A stretch of DNA of 64,000 nucleotides from an uncultured bacterium (GTDB lineage Bacteria; Babelota; Babeliae; Babelales; JACPOV01), in assembly GCA_963744715.1 (NCBI GenBank), contig CAVUUR010000006.1, positions 96,001 through 160,000 on the forward strand. The letters are read 5' to 3'. Shown here piece after piece: positions 48,817 through 58,435 of this stretch; position 1 is the stretch's first letter, and every line of letters starts with the position of its first letter. The translations under genes and the position numbers were made by a program. The notes beneath the pieces are model-generated. The model made no database searches, had not been told where the DNA came from, and worked only from the letters and a program-made list of their open reading frames with translations.

Positions 48817-50377
48817 TTATCTTTTTTTTGTTTTTTTATAACGCTTCACACTAAGAAGAAATACATCGTTACCCTTTTCTTCAGCCTGCTCAATACTCGT
48901 TTCATCTTCCAAATTCTCTATGTCAGTTCTTGCTCCATGAGCAAGAAGCAACTCGATAATTTTAGGTATTGAGTGTTGTTCGGCATAATGCAAGGGTGTA
49001 TTCAAATCAAGATCTTGAATATTTACTCGGGCGTTATGTTGTAACAAAAACTCCGTCGTTTCAACTAAATTTTTTTCTACGGCATAGTAAAGTAAGGTTT
49101 TCCTGAATTCATCACGCACATTAATAAAGTCAATAAAAGTCTTGGACCCTTTTGCATAAAAATTCACTAATTGTTTTTTTATTTTTTGATCTTCAGCTAA
49201 GCGCTCGTACAACGCCGATGGTAGGGCGACGAGAGCATCACGCAATGCAATAAATTCATTCCATAGCTCATCGCTAGCAAGATTAATGATCGGTCGGCCA
49301 CGTGATTTAAAACGTCTGAATGTTTTATATGGATCTTCCGCTAAATATCCCCACGTTCTTGCTATCAAGGCGGGAGAAAATTCTATTCCTTGTCCTTTTA
49401 CATCAAAGCAAACAGAATCGGTTGTAGTACCAAGACTAATAATCGCTTGACCTCCAAATTGATCCACTAAAAAATTTTTCACAGCGGTACAATGGGTACC
49501 TCCTGCACAAATAATAGTATGATTGTACGGTGATGCAAATAATTTAACGAGCAACTCCAGATCAGTAACTTTTTCCATAAATTTCCATAGCAATGCTTCC
49601 AATTCGGCTTGTCTATATTCCATCCTGATAATGGTTCTAAATTCACGCAGGGTCATAGCTGGATCATGATTTATTATATCATTTACATACCTATACAATG
49701 GCATTATTTTCATGCATACAGGTATCCCATAATGCATGCAATGCCCCATAATACTGTTTAAACTCATATTTTTTAACATTCTCAAAATCTTGTTCAGCTT
49801 TAGAGATCTTGGGATTGAGTAATTCAACGATGATGGCAAGGTAATTCGTAGCCGGAATATTTAATATCCGATCAGAAAGAGCTTTGCCAGGAAATGGCAC
49901 CAAGTGCGGCAAATAAATATCCGATCCATAATGACGATACGTATCCCCATTATTATATACTATTGATGTGAGCTTGGTTACATCAAATTCATTTTTTAAC
50001 TTAAGGCCATACGCAAGCCAATTAAATGAAACCAGATCGCTCGGAACATCAGAAGCTTCCCAGCCAACTGGCTCTTCCCATAATAGTTCTATAGGATTTT
50101 TTTGCTCAGCAAGTTTTCTTAACGTAATTAATAACGTTCTTTCTGATGTAGTAAAAGCACTTTGCTCATCAACGGCAAGATATCGCTTCCGTTTTCTTGA
50201 TGCTTTTCTAACGAATTCATGTATAGGCTCATGAAAATCCGAAATAAGATCTATAATTTTAACAATAGTATTGCCTTCGATAATGATAATTCGGCGATAT
50301 TGATAAGGTAATGCATTAATTATAGTATTGATGGGAGCCACTATTAAAAGTACGATGAGCCATTTGTTAATATTCAT
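48817..50377 (-). pseudogene. tandem paralog of 47171-48751, frameshifted
   Basis: ORF 49691-50377 matches the paralog N-half and ORF 48817-49839 the C-half; the frame changes at the A run 49707-49710. Confidence 0.88.
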
Positions 50378-50511
50378 TACTAATCCCTTTTTTTTACTTC
50401 ACCATAGTAGTGTATCAAAAAAATTCAATTTGAAACAACATATCTACGGTTGAACTAAGAAAAGGTTGTAAAATGCAATAAAAAATCGTCTTAGATAATG
50501 CAGACTTTTTT

Positions 50512-51807
50512 TTAACGCAATCGTTTAGTTGATATGTATATAATGGATACCATGCCAAGAATATAACAATAATAGACATGCGGCATAATATGTAATGGCG
50601 AAACCCCCGCAATGGTACTTGCTAGCAAAACTTGCGCACCGTAAGGAATAATCCCTTGAAAAACACATGAAAAAATATCAAGCCATGCAGCACTGTAGTG
50701 GGGAGGAATATGATAACGTTTTGCAATATCACGCGCAATTTCTCCACTAAAAATAATTGCTACGGTATTATTTGCAAGCAGTATATCAAATCCTGAAACA
50801 ATCGCTGCTATTATTAATTGTGCCGTCTTTTTACTGCCACCGGTTTTAGAAATCCATCTACTCAAACTCTGGGTGAGCTCTTGAGTACTTTTGCCGGCAA
50901 GGCCAGAAAGACCACCAACCATTAATGAAAGAACCATTATTTCATGCATGCTTGCAAAACCTTTAACGATATCATTACTAAAGGCAAATAAGGTGTATCC
51001 GTGATGCACATATCCTATAAACCATGCAAATACCAGCGACAACAATAAGGTAATAAAAACATTCACCCCTAGTAAGGCTAATGCCATAAGAACTATATAC
51101 GGTGTAACTAAAAGCAATGCGTAATCTTTAAACCCAAGTGCCACATTGGCATCTTGTACAAAAAACAAAACGGCAATGGTAATAATTGAGGCAATGCCGG
51201 CAACAAGCGCGTTGATGCGCAATTTTGCTTTCATATCTGCTTCTTGTGACATAACTGCAGCAATGGTTGTATCTGAAATAATTGATAAATTATCGCCAAA
51301 CATAGCACCACCAACAACGGTAGCTATGCCGTTAATTACCGAAAATGCACCCTGACTTGCAAGGCCTGCTGCAATAGGAGCAACCGTGGCAATGGTGCCC
51401 ATGGAGGTGCCTATTGAGATTGAAATAAATGCTGCCGTTAAAAAAATGCCAATTAATAAAAACTGTGGTGAAATACAGGATAACGCTACGTTTACGGTAG
51501 AGCTAACGCTGCCAATTGAAGTGGTAACGGAACTAAATGCGCCCGCCAATAAAAAAATGATACACATGGTAATAATATCGGGATGCCTAACCCCTTCCAG
51601 AAATCTATGTAATTTTTGGTCTTTGGTGCCGCCATCGAGGAGCCATCCTAATGCAATGGCCGGAATAATAGCAACCGTTGGAGAAAGTTGATAAAAGGCG
51701 TTATTAACTCCTAACAGAGAAAAATAAATACCGGTACCTACATAAATAACAACGAATAATAAAATCGGTAAAAAACTGATAAAAATCATAGAAATAATCT
51801 CATGCAA
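50512..51807 (-). CDS. Na+/H+ antiporter NhaC family transporter (possibly MetT-like amino acid permease)
   Basis: IFLLAGAF, GTSMGT, GGAMFGDNLS.ISDTTIAA, NNTVAI, LDIFSC..QG.IPYGAQ. Confidence 0.92.
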   Translation of the reverse strand: MHEIISMIFISFLPILLFVVIYVGTGIYFSLLGVNNAFYQLSPTVAIIPAIALGWLLDGGTKDQKLHRFLEGVRHPDIITMCIIFLLAGAFSSVTTSIGSVSSTVNVALSCISPQFLLIGIFLTAAFISISIGTSMGTIATVAPIAAGLASQGAFSVINGIATVVGGAMFGDNLSIISDTTIAAVMSQEADMKAKLRINALVAGIASIITIAVLFFVQDANVALGFKDYALLLVTPYIVLMALALLGVNVFITLLLSLVFAWFIGYVHHGYTLFAFSNDIVKGFASMHEIMVLSLMVGGLSGLAGKSTQELTQSLSRWISKTGGSKKTAQLIIAAIVSGFDILLANNTVAIIFSGEIARDIAKRYHIPPHYSAAWLDIFSCVFQGIIPYGAQVLLASTIAGVSPLHIMPHVYYCYILGMVSIIYISTKRLR

Positions 51808-51886
51808 AAAAAGTGAAAACAGATAATTAAAAAGAATACTACTAAATATTTAGGGAATAATGAAAGAACCGAGAATGGTGTGCCTG

Positions 51887-51976
51887 TTAGGCCAAAACAT
51901 TCTCGCATCGCATGAGATGTAATGTTTGCAAAGTTTTTTGAACGCGTTGCGCAGAGTTTTTTGTAGTATTAGCCAT
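51887..51976 (-). promoter_or_regulatory. putative leader peptide (29 aa) with attenuator hairpin
   Basis: MANTTKNSAQRVQKTLQTLHLMRCENVLA*; the stop codon lies in hairpin CGAGAATG..GCCT-AAC-AGGC..CATTCTCG. Confidence 0.55.
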
Positions 51977-52054
51977 AGAATAATACCCTGAAATAGGTTA
52001 AAATATAGTTATAGTATATAAGTATTATTAAGAAAAAACAATGTAGCAGTACTA

Positions 52055-52735
52055 ATGATTAATATCGTATTGGAACATGCCATGAGAAAAGTTTTTTGGG
52101 ATAATCCTTATCAACATATCTTAACCACTACGGTTGCATCAGTTGATGGCAATAAACTGTTATTTGAAGAAACCATAGCCTACTCTTTTGCAGGCGGCCA
52201 AGAAAGTGATAAAGCCTACATTAATGGCCTGCCGATCCTTGACTCAGTACGTGAAGGTAATCTTATTTATTACACGTTGCCGGAAGGGCATAATCTTTCA
52301 ATAGGTGATGAAGTTATCATGACCATTGATTGGCCACGCAGATATAGATTGATGAGGTTGCATTTTGCTGCTGAATTAATTCTTGAAATTGTAACCAAAA
52401 AATTTGGATTTGAAAAAATTGGTGCGCACATTGCTGAAACTAAATCGAGAATAGATTTTATAGCAAACACCAACATTACACCGCTTTTTGAAACTATAGT
52501 AGCTGAATATAATGAAATCATCACAAGCAACAAGCCGATTCAAACCGGTTATTCTGATATTGAAAATCAAAGGCGTTTTTGGAAAATTGACGGCTTTGCG
52601 CAAGTACCCTGCGGCGGCACTCATGTTAGATCAACCGCCGAAGTTGGATTTGTAACGCTTAAAAGAAAACATCCGGGCAAATCGATTGAAAGAATTGAAA
52701 TCAGACTCGTTGATGATACGGTTCCCAATGTTTAA
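52055..52735 (+). CDS. alanyl-tRNA editing protein AlaX
   Basis: GGQESD, IDW.RR...MRLHFAAE, PCGGTHV. Confidence 0.92.
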   Translation: MINIVLEHAMRKVFWDNPYQHILTTTVASVDGNKLLFEETIAYSFAGGQESDKAYINGLPILDSVREGNLIYYTLPEGHNLSIGDEVIMTIDWPRRYRLMRLHFAAELILEIVTKKFGFEKIGAHIAETKSRIDFIANTNITPLFETIVAEYNEIITSNKPIQTGYSDIENQRRFWKIDGFAQVPCGGTHVRSTAEVGFVTLKRKHPGKSIERIEIRLVDDTVPNV

Positions 52736-52792
52736 TTGGTGGTCACGATTCAAACAATAATAAAAACCTAACAATATTCGGGGATATTTTTA

Positions 52793-53389
52793 ATGAATAA
52801 ATTTTTTATGATTTCTTTTACTTCTTTTTTTATGATCATAACAGGTGCTCGTGCAATGCAACAAGACCAAAAAAAAGCATTAGTATCTGCTCTTGCACAT
52901 ACCATACGTAAGGCCGATTACGCTACATTTAACGGACTTTATGCAAATAAAAATAATAGTCTTTCCGGTCCTAAAAAAATACAACTTTCTATCCTTGCCT
53001 GTAGCAAATTGTTAGCCGCAGATCATGAACAATCTTTGAATAATGGAGCAATATATAAAAGTAAAATGATTAAAGGCATCTTTGGCTTAGGATTTGGTTT
53101 AGCTACCGGCTATTTTGTATATAAAGGAATGTCACCAGATTTTTTTCCCAGAAATAACGCAGCCCTAGAAAATAGTTTTTCATCAGTAATACAATCAAGC
53201 TATGCTACCGCAAAAATATGTTTGCAGGCTGCAGCCTGGGCGGGGCCATCAGCTCTTGTTGCCGACGGATTACTTAATGTATATCGTGGGTATAATTACC
53301 AAAATCACTTAATAAATAATTTTTACCAATTGCAATCGATTAACAAAGACATTGGTAGATTAACTCAACCACGGGTTGGCAATCGATAA
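52793..53389 (+). CDS. secreted/membrane hypothetical protein (paralog of 58436-58912)
   Basis: MNK.FMI, DY..F.GLY, GAI...KM.KG, GY.YQ..L. Confidence 0.75.
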   Translation: MNKFFMISFTSFFMIITGARAMQQDQKKALVSALAHTIRKADYATFNGLYANKNNSLSGPKKIQLSILACSKLLAADHEQSLNNGAIYKSKMIKGIFGLGFGLATGYFVYKGMSPDFFPRNNAALENSFSSVIQSSYATAKICLQAAAWAGPSALVADGLLNVYRGYNYQNHLINNFYQLQSINKDIGRLTQPRVGNR

Positions 53390-53420
53390 CGTTAAAATAA
53401 TGAGTAAAGCGACAATTGCT

Positions 53421-54155
53421 TTACTCATTATTTTTTAATCTCTTTTCCATGAAACGTTCACCGTTACTATTTTTTACTATTTCATAAAAATAATGTTGCG
53501 CATAGGTATGAATTAATTCTTTATCATGGGTGATACAAATAATAGTAATCTGATGCAACTGCGTTAATTTTGTTAAAAAATTCATCACCATCTGCGCATT
53601 TTTTTCATCAAGCGCCGCGGTCGGCTCATCCAACAATAACAACGTAATTGGTTTTTGCAATGCCATAACAATTGCCAAAATCTGCCGTTGCCCACCAGAT
53701 AATGCTGCAACCTGGTTATTCGGCGTTATGCCAACTTCTTGCAGCATATCAGCATATTTGAACGTAGTAGACAAAGCAGTTAGCGATGGATAATAAGGCA
53801 ACTGCGCTACTGATAGATTATTTGCAACAGAAAAATCAGTCGCGAGCATCGTATTATAATTTTGATGCACTAATCGACTGGTCGTTTTCAATAATAATTG
53901 AGTATTTTTATCTGCAAGATTATAGATAACTTCATTAAGTTTTATTGATCCTTGAATATACTCTCCATCATATAATTCACCTTGCAAAATACGCAAAAAG
54001 GTTGATTTGCCTATACCATTTCTTCCCATAATAAACATGATGGCATCGGTAGTAAAATCACAGCTCAAATCCTTGAAAAATAATGTATCACCTTCGAAGG
54101 CAAACGAAACGTTCACTGAAATAGTACTCATATTATTGTTATAAACCCTGTTCAT
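53421..54155 (-). CDS. ABC transporter ATP-binding protein
   Basis: GRNGIGKST, LSGGQRQ, LLLDEPTAALD, ITHD. Confidence 0.95.
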   Translation of the reverse strand: MNRVYNNNMSTISVNVSFAFEGDTLFFKDLSCDFTTDAIMFIMGRNGIGKSTFLRILQGELYDGEYIQGSIKLNEVIYNLADKNTQLLLKTTSRLVHQNYNTMLATDFSVANNLSVAQLPYYPSLTALSTTFKYADMLQEVGITPNNQVAALSGGQRQILAIVMALQKPITLLLLDEPTAALDEKNAQMVMNFLTKLTQLHQITIICITHDKELIHTYAQHYFYEIVKNSNGERFMEKRLKNNE

Positions 54156-55014
54156 ATTTTTTTCCTTTGGTAAATATTTGCGTAAGAACTAGGAGCACAA
54201 ATACTATGCATGCTTGTACCATAATAAAATAACGAGAATCAAAATGTATTTGCAAAAGCACCTGTTGCAGAATAAAGTAACTAACAATACCGAAAATCGG
54301 AATCATTATGCCATATTTAACCTTGGTAAAAGCTTTTCCTAAAATAATCATCGTAATACAGAATAAGTTAATGCCAAAGCCCATTGAGATATCGGCAAAT
54401 CCATTCACGCCGGCATTTAAAAATCCCGAAATACCTGCAAGTGAACTGCTCACAACAATGCAAGCAAATTGAACAAAATAAGAAGAGATATTATAGTGTG
54501 TAAAAAAATCGGGGTTATTGCCGTATATACTACAACTCAGACCAAGGGCAGACCTGCTAAAGCAGAAAAACATACTGGTAATTATGAGAGCAACGATTAT
54601 CAGCGTTGCTAATTGAGGATATCCCTGCACGCTCGGAATCAGCGATAAAATGCCATCCACCGTAGATAAGGAAACATGGGTACCATGTATAATCATTTGA
54701 TTAATGCCGTGAAATAGTCCCAAACTAATAATACTTGCCAATAAAAATGAAATATGCGCATAGTATCTTACTATGCAGGTAACTAATCCAACAAAAGCAC
54801 CCCCTAATAGCGCCGCACTACTCGAAAAAACAAGTCCAAAAAATGGACCTAGGTTGAGTAGTAACACCAAACTTCCCATCAATCCACCAAAAACATACGA
54901 AGATTCTATCGCCAAAAATGGCACTTTTAACACCGAAAATGCACAATAGGAACCCAATATAAGTGGCATATAGATACACACTTGTTCTAAAAAAGTACAC
55001 AAAATATTCAGCAT
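54139..55014 (-). CDS. ABC transporter permease (TrpY/BPD_transp_2-like)
   Basis: Multi-TM protein; LLASII, GFADISMGFG. Confidence 0.88.
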   Translation of the reverse strand: MLNILCTFLEQVCIYMPLILGSYCAFSVLKVPFLAIESSYVFGGLMGSLVLLLNLGPFFGLVFSSSAALLGGAFVGLVTCIVRYYAHISFLLASIISLGLFHGINQMIIHGTHVSLSTVDGILSLIPSVQGYPQLATLIIVALIITSMFFCFSRSALGLSCSIYGNNPDFFTHYNISSYFVQFACIVVSSSLAGISGFLNAGVNGFADISMGFGINLFCITMIILGKAFTKVKYGIMIPIFGIVSYFILQQVLLQIHFDSRYFIMVQACIVFVLLVLTQIFTKGKKYEQGL

Positions 55015-56060
55015 TACTGTTCTCCTGCAAATAAGGTTGATTTCAATAGAAAGAGTACTGTTTGATCAAGTATAAAACGTTGAGCACTCATTTCGCTAAT
55101 ATTAATTTTAACTCTAAAATCATGTATGAAATTGCTTGGAATTTCTGATGGTTGTTTATGATCTCGTAAAATATATATAGCTTTTTGTGCAGCTGCAACA
55201 CCTATTTCATATTCAAACACACCAAAGCCTAAAACAGCACCTTTATCAACTGAGTTCAGATCTGAAACATATAATGGTGTATGTTTTCTTCGTGCTAACG
55301 CCACTAATGCTTCAATACCGGAAACAACAAGATTGTCTTTGAGAACCATAATGACCGCATCGTTATTATGCGCTGATAATAATGCATCTACTCTGGTAAA
55401 CAATTCGTGGGTCGCGTAAATTTTAGTGGTAATTAATGCAATGCCAAATTTTTCGCACACGATTCTAAGTTGTTCAGTTTGCTTTTCCAAGCCTGGAGAA
55501 GGATAATAGGGAACTATCAATGTTTTAGTTGGATGCAACCTCAAGAGTACGTTAAGTTGTTGGTCAAAATCATAATGATCACTCACTACAACAACATTAT
55601 TGCCAGAATGTTCAAGACTTTCAACTAATCCAATTTCAACCGGATTTTCAGATACGGCACAACACACTACCGGAATAGAACTTTTTCGTTGAGAAAAAAC
55701 CTCCTTACAAATAAGTGATACCGGCGTTGTTATAGCGCACACCAAATCATAGTTTTTTTGTATGGTTTGATCTGCTTGTGAGCGCATCAAAATACGATCA
55801 CCGTTACCATTATAGATATCATAAGAAATAGCTACTTGTTTTGACAGTTCATCAATAAATCCCTGCTGAATTTCCTCGAGTGCCGGATGTGATACCGGAA
55901 GCAAAATAGCAACACGATAGGTTGTAGCAGAAATTGCGTCACAGGGAGCAATATCCTCATTATTAGATTTGCGCACTACATTTTTCTGATTTAAAATAAA
56001 AAATCCAAGAAGCACTCCCAGAGTGCATAATAAGGTAATTATAATGCCTATTCGTTTCAT
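55014..56060 (-). CDS. ABC transporter substrate-binding protein (ABC_sub_bind, TrpX/tyrosine-type)
   Basis: SHPALE.I..GF.D.L, TP, PV...AV..P...GLV, DN.VVS, SV.KGA. Confidence 0.85.
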   Translation of the reverse strand: MKRIGIIITLLCTLGVLLGFFILNQKNVVRKSNNEDIAPCDAISATTYRVAILLPVSHPALEEIQQGFIDELSKQVAISYDIYNGNGDRILMRSQADQTIQKNYDLVCAITTPVSLICKEVFSQRKSSIPVVCCAVSENPVEIGLVESLEHSGNNVVVVSDHYDFDQQLNVLLRLHPTKTLIVPYYPSPGLEKQTEQLRIVCEKFGIALITTKIYATHELFTRVDALLSAHNNDAVIMVLKDNLVVSGIEALVALARRKHTPLYVSDLNSVDKGAVLGFGVFEYEIGVAAAQKAIYILRDHKQPSEIPSNFIHDFRVKINISEMSAQRFILDQTVLFLLKSTLFAGEQ

Positions 56061-56836
56061 ATGTGTTCCTTTAAAACTAACGTATTGTCGGTTATTTTTT
56101 CAGCATGAAAACGCTCCTTGCCCGTATCAGATTTTTTAAATGCAATACGTTTTTCATAGAGGTATTCGTACTGCAAATAATCTATTAATCGGTCATCTTC
56201 GCGAGAAGCTCTGTTATTGATGATGGTAATTGTTTCGAGCGATGAGCCCGAAATATTTTTTAATACCGGAAACTGTTTAATTAAATAGCGTATGCGTTCA
56301 TCAATGCCAGAAATTTCTTGTGGCACACGCGCAAGTTGATAATCGGGAGGAATGATAAGAGTTACGTCACCCGTAAATTCAGTATCAACAATCGATTGCT
56401 CAATGATGGCAATAATCTCTTGTATGATGCGTTTGAAAAAAATTCTGCATCCATCAACAAAATGTTCACCGAGTAATTTCCGCATACCACTATAATAGAT
56501 GGGCAAATACGCGATCACCAGATGATCAACATCATGCTCTTTGCATAGTGAGAATGTTTTTTTAAAAGAATCCCGCACATAATCAATATCTAAAAAATCA
56601 GCAAGTTTAATAGTGTGTAAAAGTTGCCTACTATTATTATTCTTTTTTATGTACTCAGTTGGATGAGGAGTACAACCAAGCAAAGCAATATGTTTGCTCT
56701 CGGAAGGAATAACAAAATAATCGCCCACGTATGCATGCACCTGTTGACGATGCATGCTAGTTGTGTACACCATTATTGCTAAAAATCCACCGATCAGTAT
56801 CGTACTCAAGGCCACAATCGGCATTACTTTATTCAC
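56057..56836 (-). CDS. hypothetical membrane-anchored protein
   Basis: Probable GTG start at 56836 (GGAG RBS, coupled to the upstream stop); N-terminal TM segment; stop overlaps the SBP start. Confidence 0.65.
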   Translation of the reverse strand: MNKVMPIVALSTILIGGFLAIMVYTTSMHRQQVHAYVGDYFVIPSESKHIALLGCTPHPTEYIKKNNNSRQLLHTIKLADFLDIDYVRDSFKKTFSLCKEHDVDHLVIAYLPIYYSGMRKLLGEHFVDGCRIFFKRIIQEIIAIIEQSIVDTEFTGDVTLIIPPDYQLARVPQEISGIDERIRYLIKQFPVLKNISGSSLETITIINNRASREDDRLIDYLQYEYLYEKRIAFKKSDTGKERFHAEKITDNTLVLKEHI

Positions 56837-57858
56837 AGGCCTTCTCCTTATATTGTGCATGAACATGATCAACAAGGTGCTGGTTGAATAGCGGAGAAGT
56901 TTGATAGGTATAGGTACTATCAGGCTGCACAATGTACGGATTGAATTTTTTAGTCGGATACCCTTTGCTATTGGTAATGGGTAAACTCGCCCCCGTTGCC
57001 TGAATCCCTTTTTCCTGCAAGGCAAGAATCATCGGCTTTAAATCATCAGCATCTTGATCCATAAGTATATAATTATGGCTAGAATCTAACTGCTGCGTTA
57101 ATTCTTTATGCAGTACATCAATATTAGCACTCAGTTTGCTCGGTGGATTATCCTGCTCAATCATATTCGTAAAATATTCTAATTTTGGAATAACAATACG
57201 AATATCTAAAGGATAATTTTTAGCCTGTTCTTCATATAATCGCTTGTAAAACAATGCCGATTCTTTAAGAAATGTATGAAAAACCGATGGTTGCAGGGTA
57301 TCTTTTAGATGGCGCATATCAGCACAATAACTTGGCATAAACATATGTACAAGATATCTTGATTGGTTATCTACAGTATTTTCTGTTTTTTGATCCGCTG
57401 TTTTGAGCAGAATGCGTACATTTTCTTGAAGTGTTGTATAATCAAAACCGGCATCAAAAAAAAGTTTAAATAGTGCCGGATTGGAAGAATCACCAATATA
57501 TTCGTTAAATTTTTGTAAGCCAGGGACAACTTTCAAGCGATGCAATATGAGTTTTTACACGCTTTTCTACACCCTTAAGTACTTTATTAATATTATTGGC
57601 CGTAATAGGCTTATTGCTATGATCTGCAAGTTTTTGACAATGTTCTTGCAAACAATGCATATACTGCTCAAAAGCAGAAAAACGTGGCGTTGCACCAAAA
57701 ACAGAAATGCTCGATGGTCTATTGCCAATGGATGTGCCAATTGATACATCTTCATTATGATCAATAATAGTTAGTTTTGCTTCTAATCCACTATCCATCG
57801 CGCTGAGATTGCCACTAAAAAAAGGTATTAAACAAATTAAAAACAATATCTTATTCAT
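56829..57858 (-). pseudogene. exported hypothetical protein, frameshifted
   Basis: ORFs 57505-57858 and 56829-57545 join as ...KRVKLILHRLKVV if one A is removed from the run at 57552-57556. Confidence 0.7.
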
Positions 57859-58006
57859 GATTATCCTTGCTAAAATTGTCTGAATTACTGATTTTTTGCA
57901 TCAGTATTACTAGGTGAGTGCTAAAACAACACAAACTCAGATCAATTACATAAATACATTATTCAAAAGTATTAAAAAACAGCTATGTAAAATAAAAAAA
58001 ATGGTG

Positions 58007-58141
58007 TTAGGCGCAAGGCCAGCAAGAATTTTCCCACAAAGCTGGGATCAGAGAGGCGCAACGGGTTGTTGCCATAGATAGAGAAAAAGTAAAGACTGGC
58101 TTAGGAGCATGCCGATCTTTCATATAATACCTATTTTCCAT
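58007..58141 (-). promoter_or_regulatory. putative leader peptide (44 aa) of the ABC operon
   Basis: GAGGAG RBS, ATG 58141, MENRYYMKDRHAPKPVFTFSLSMATTRCASLIPALWENSCWPCA*, then CACCA and T8. Confidence 0.6.
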
Positions 58142-58435
58142 AGGGTTCTCCTCAAGAAAACTAAAAACTACTAATTCTATGAAACCATACATTTTCTTAT
58201 TTGTCAACTGTAATTAAAAAAGGAGCGTAATACAAACAATGTTACTAACTTTGAACCTACCCGTAATAACCGATAAAATCTTATCGCAAAATACATTTTT
58301 TCTACTTATTTTCATAATCACGCAATTATTGTAAAAAAAAGCGCAAAGATAATAATAGAAATGGTAATATGCATCATTAATGATAGTATTTTCATGATAA
58401 AAACAATAATAACTAATAATTTTCAAGGATGTTTT

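Noticed and set aside
51810..52050. SAM riboswitch or T-box upstream of the NhaC gene
   Set aside because: No SAM-I/II core or T-box AGGGTGGNACC motif visible; an Rfam search is still needed
56837..57025. N-terminal extension of ORF 56057-57025
   Set aside because: Overlaps the upstream gene; a GTG start with RBS at 56836 fits better
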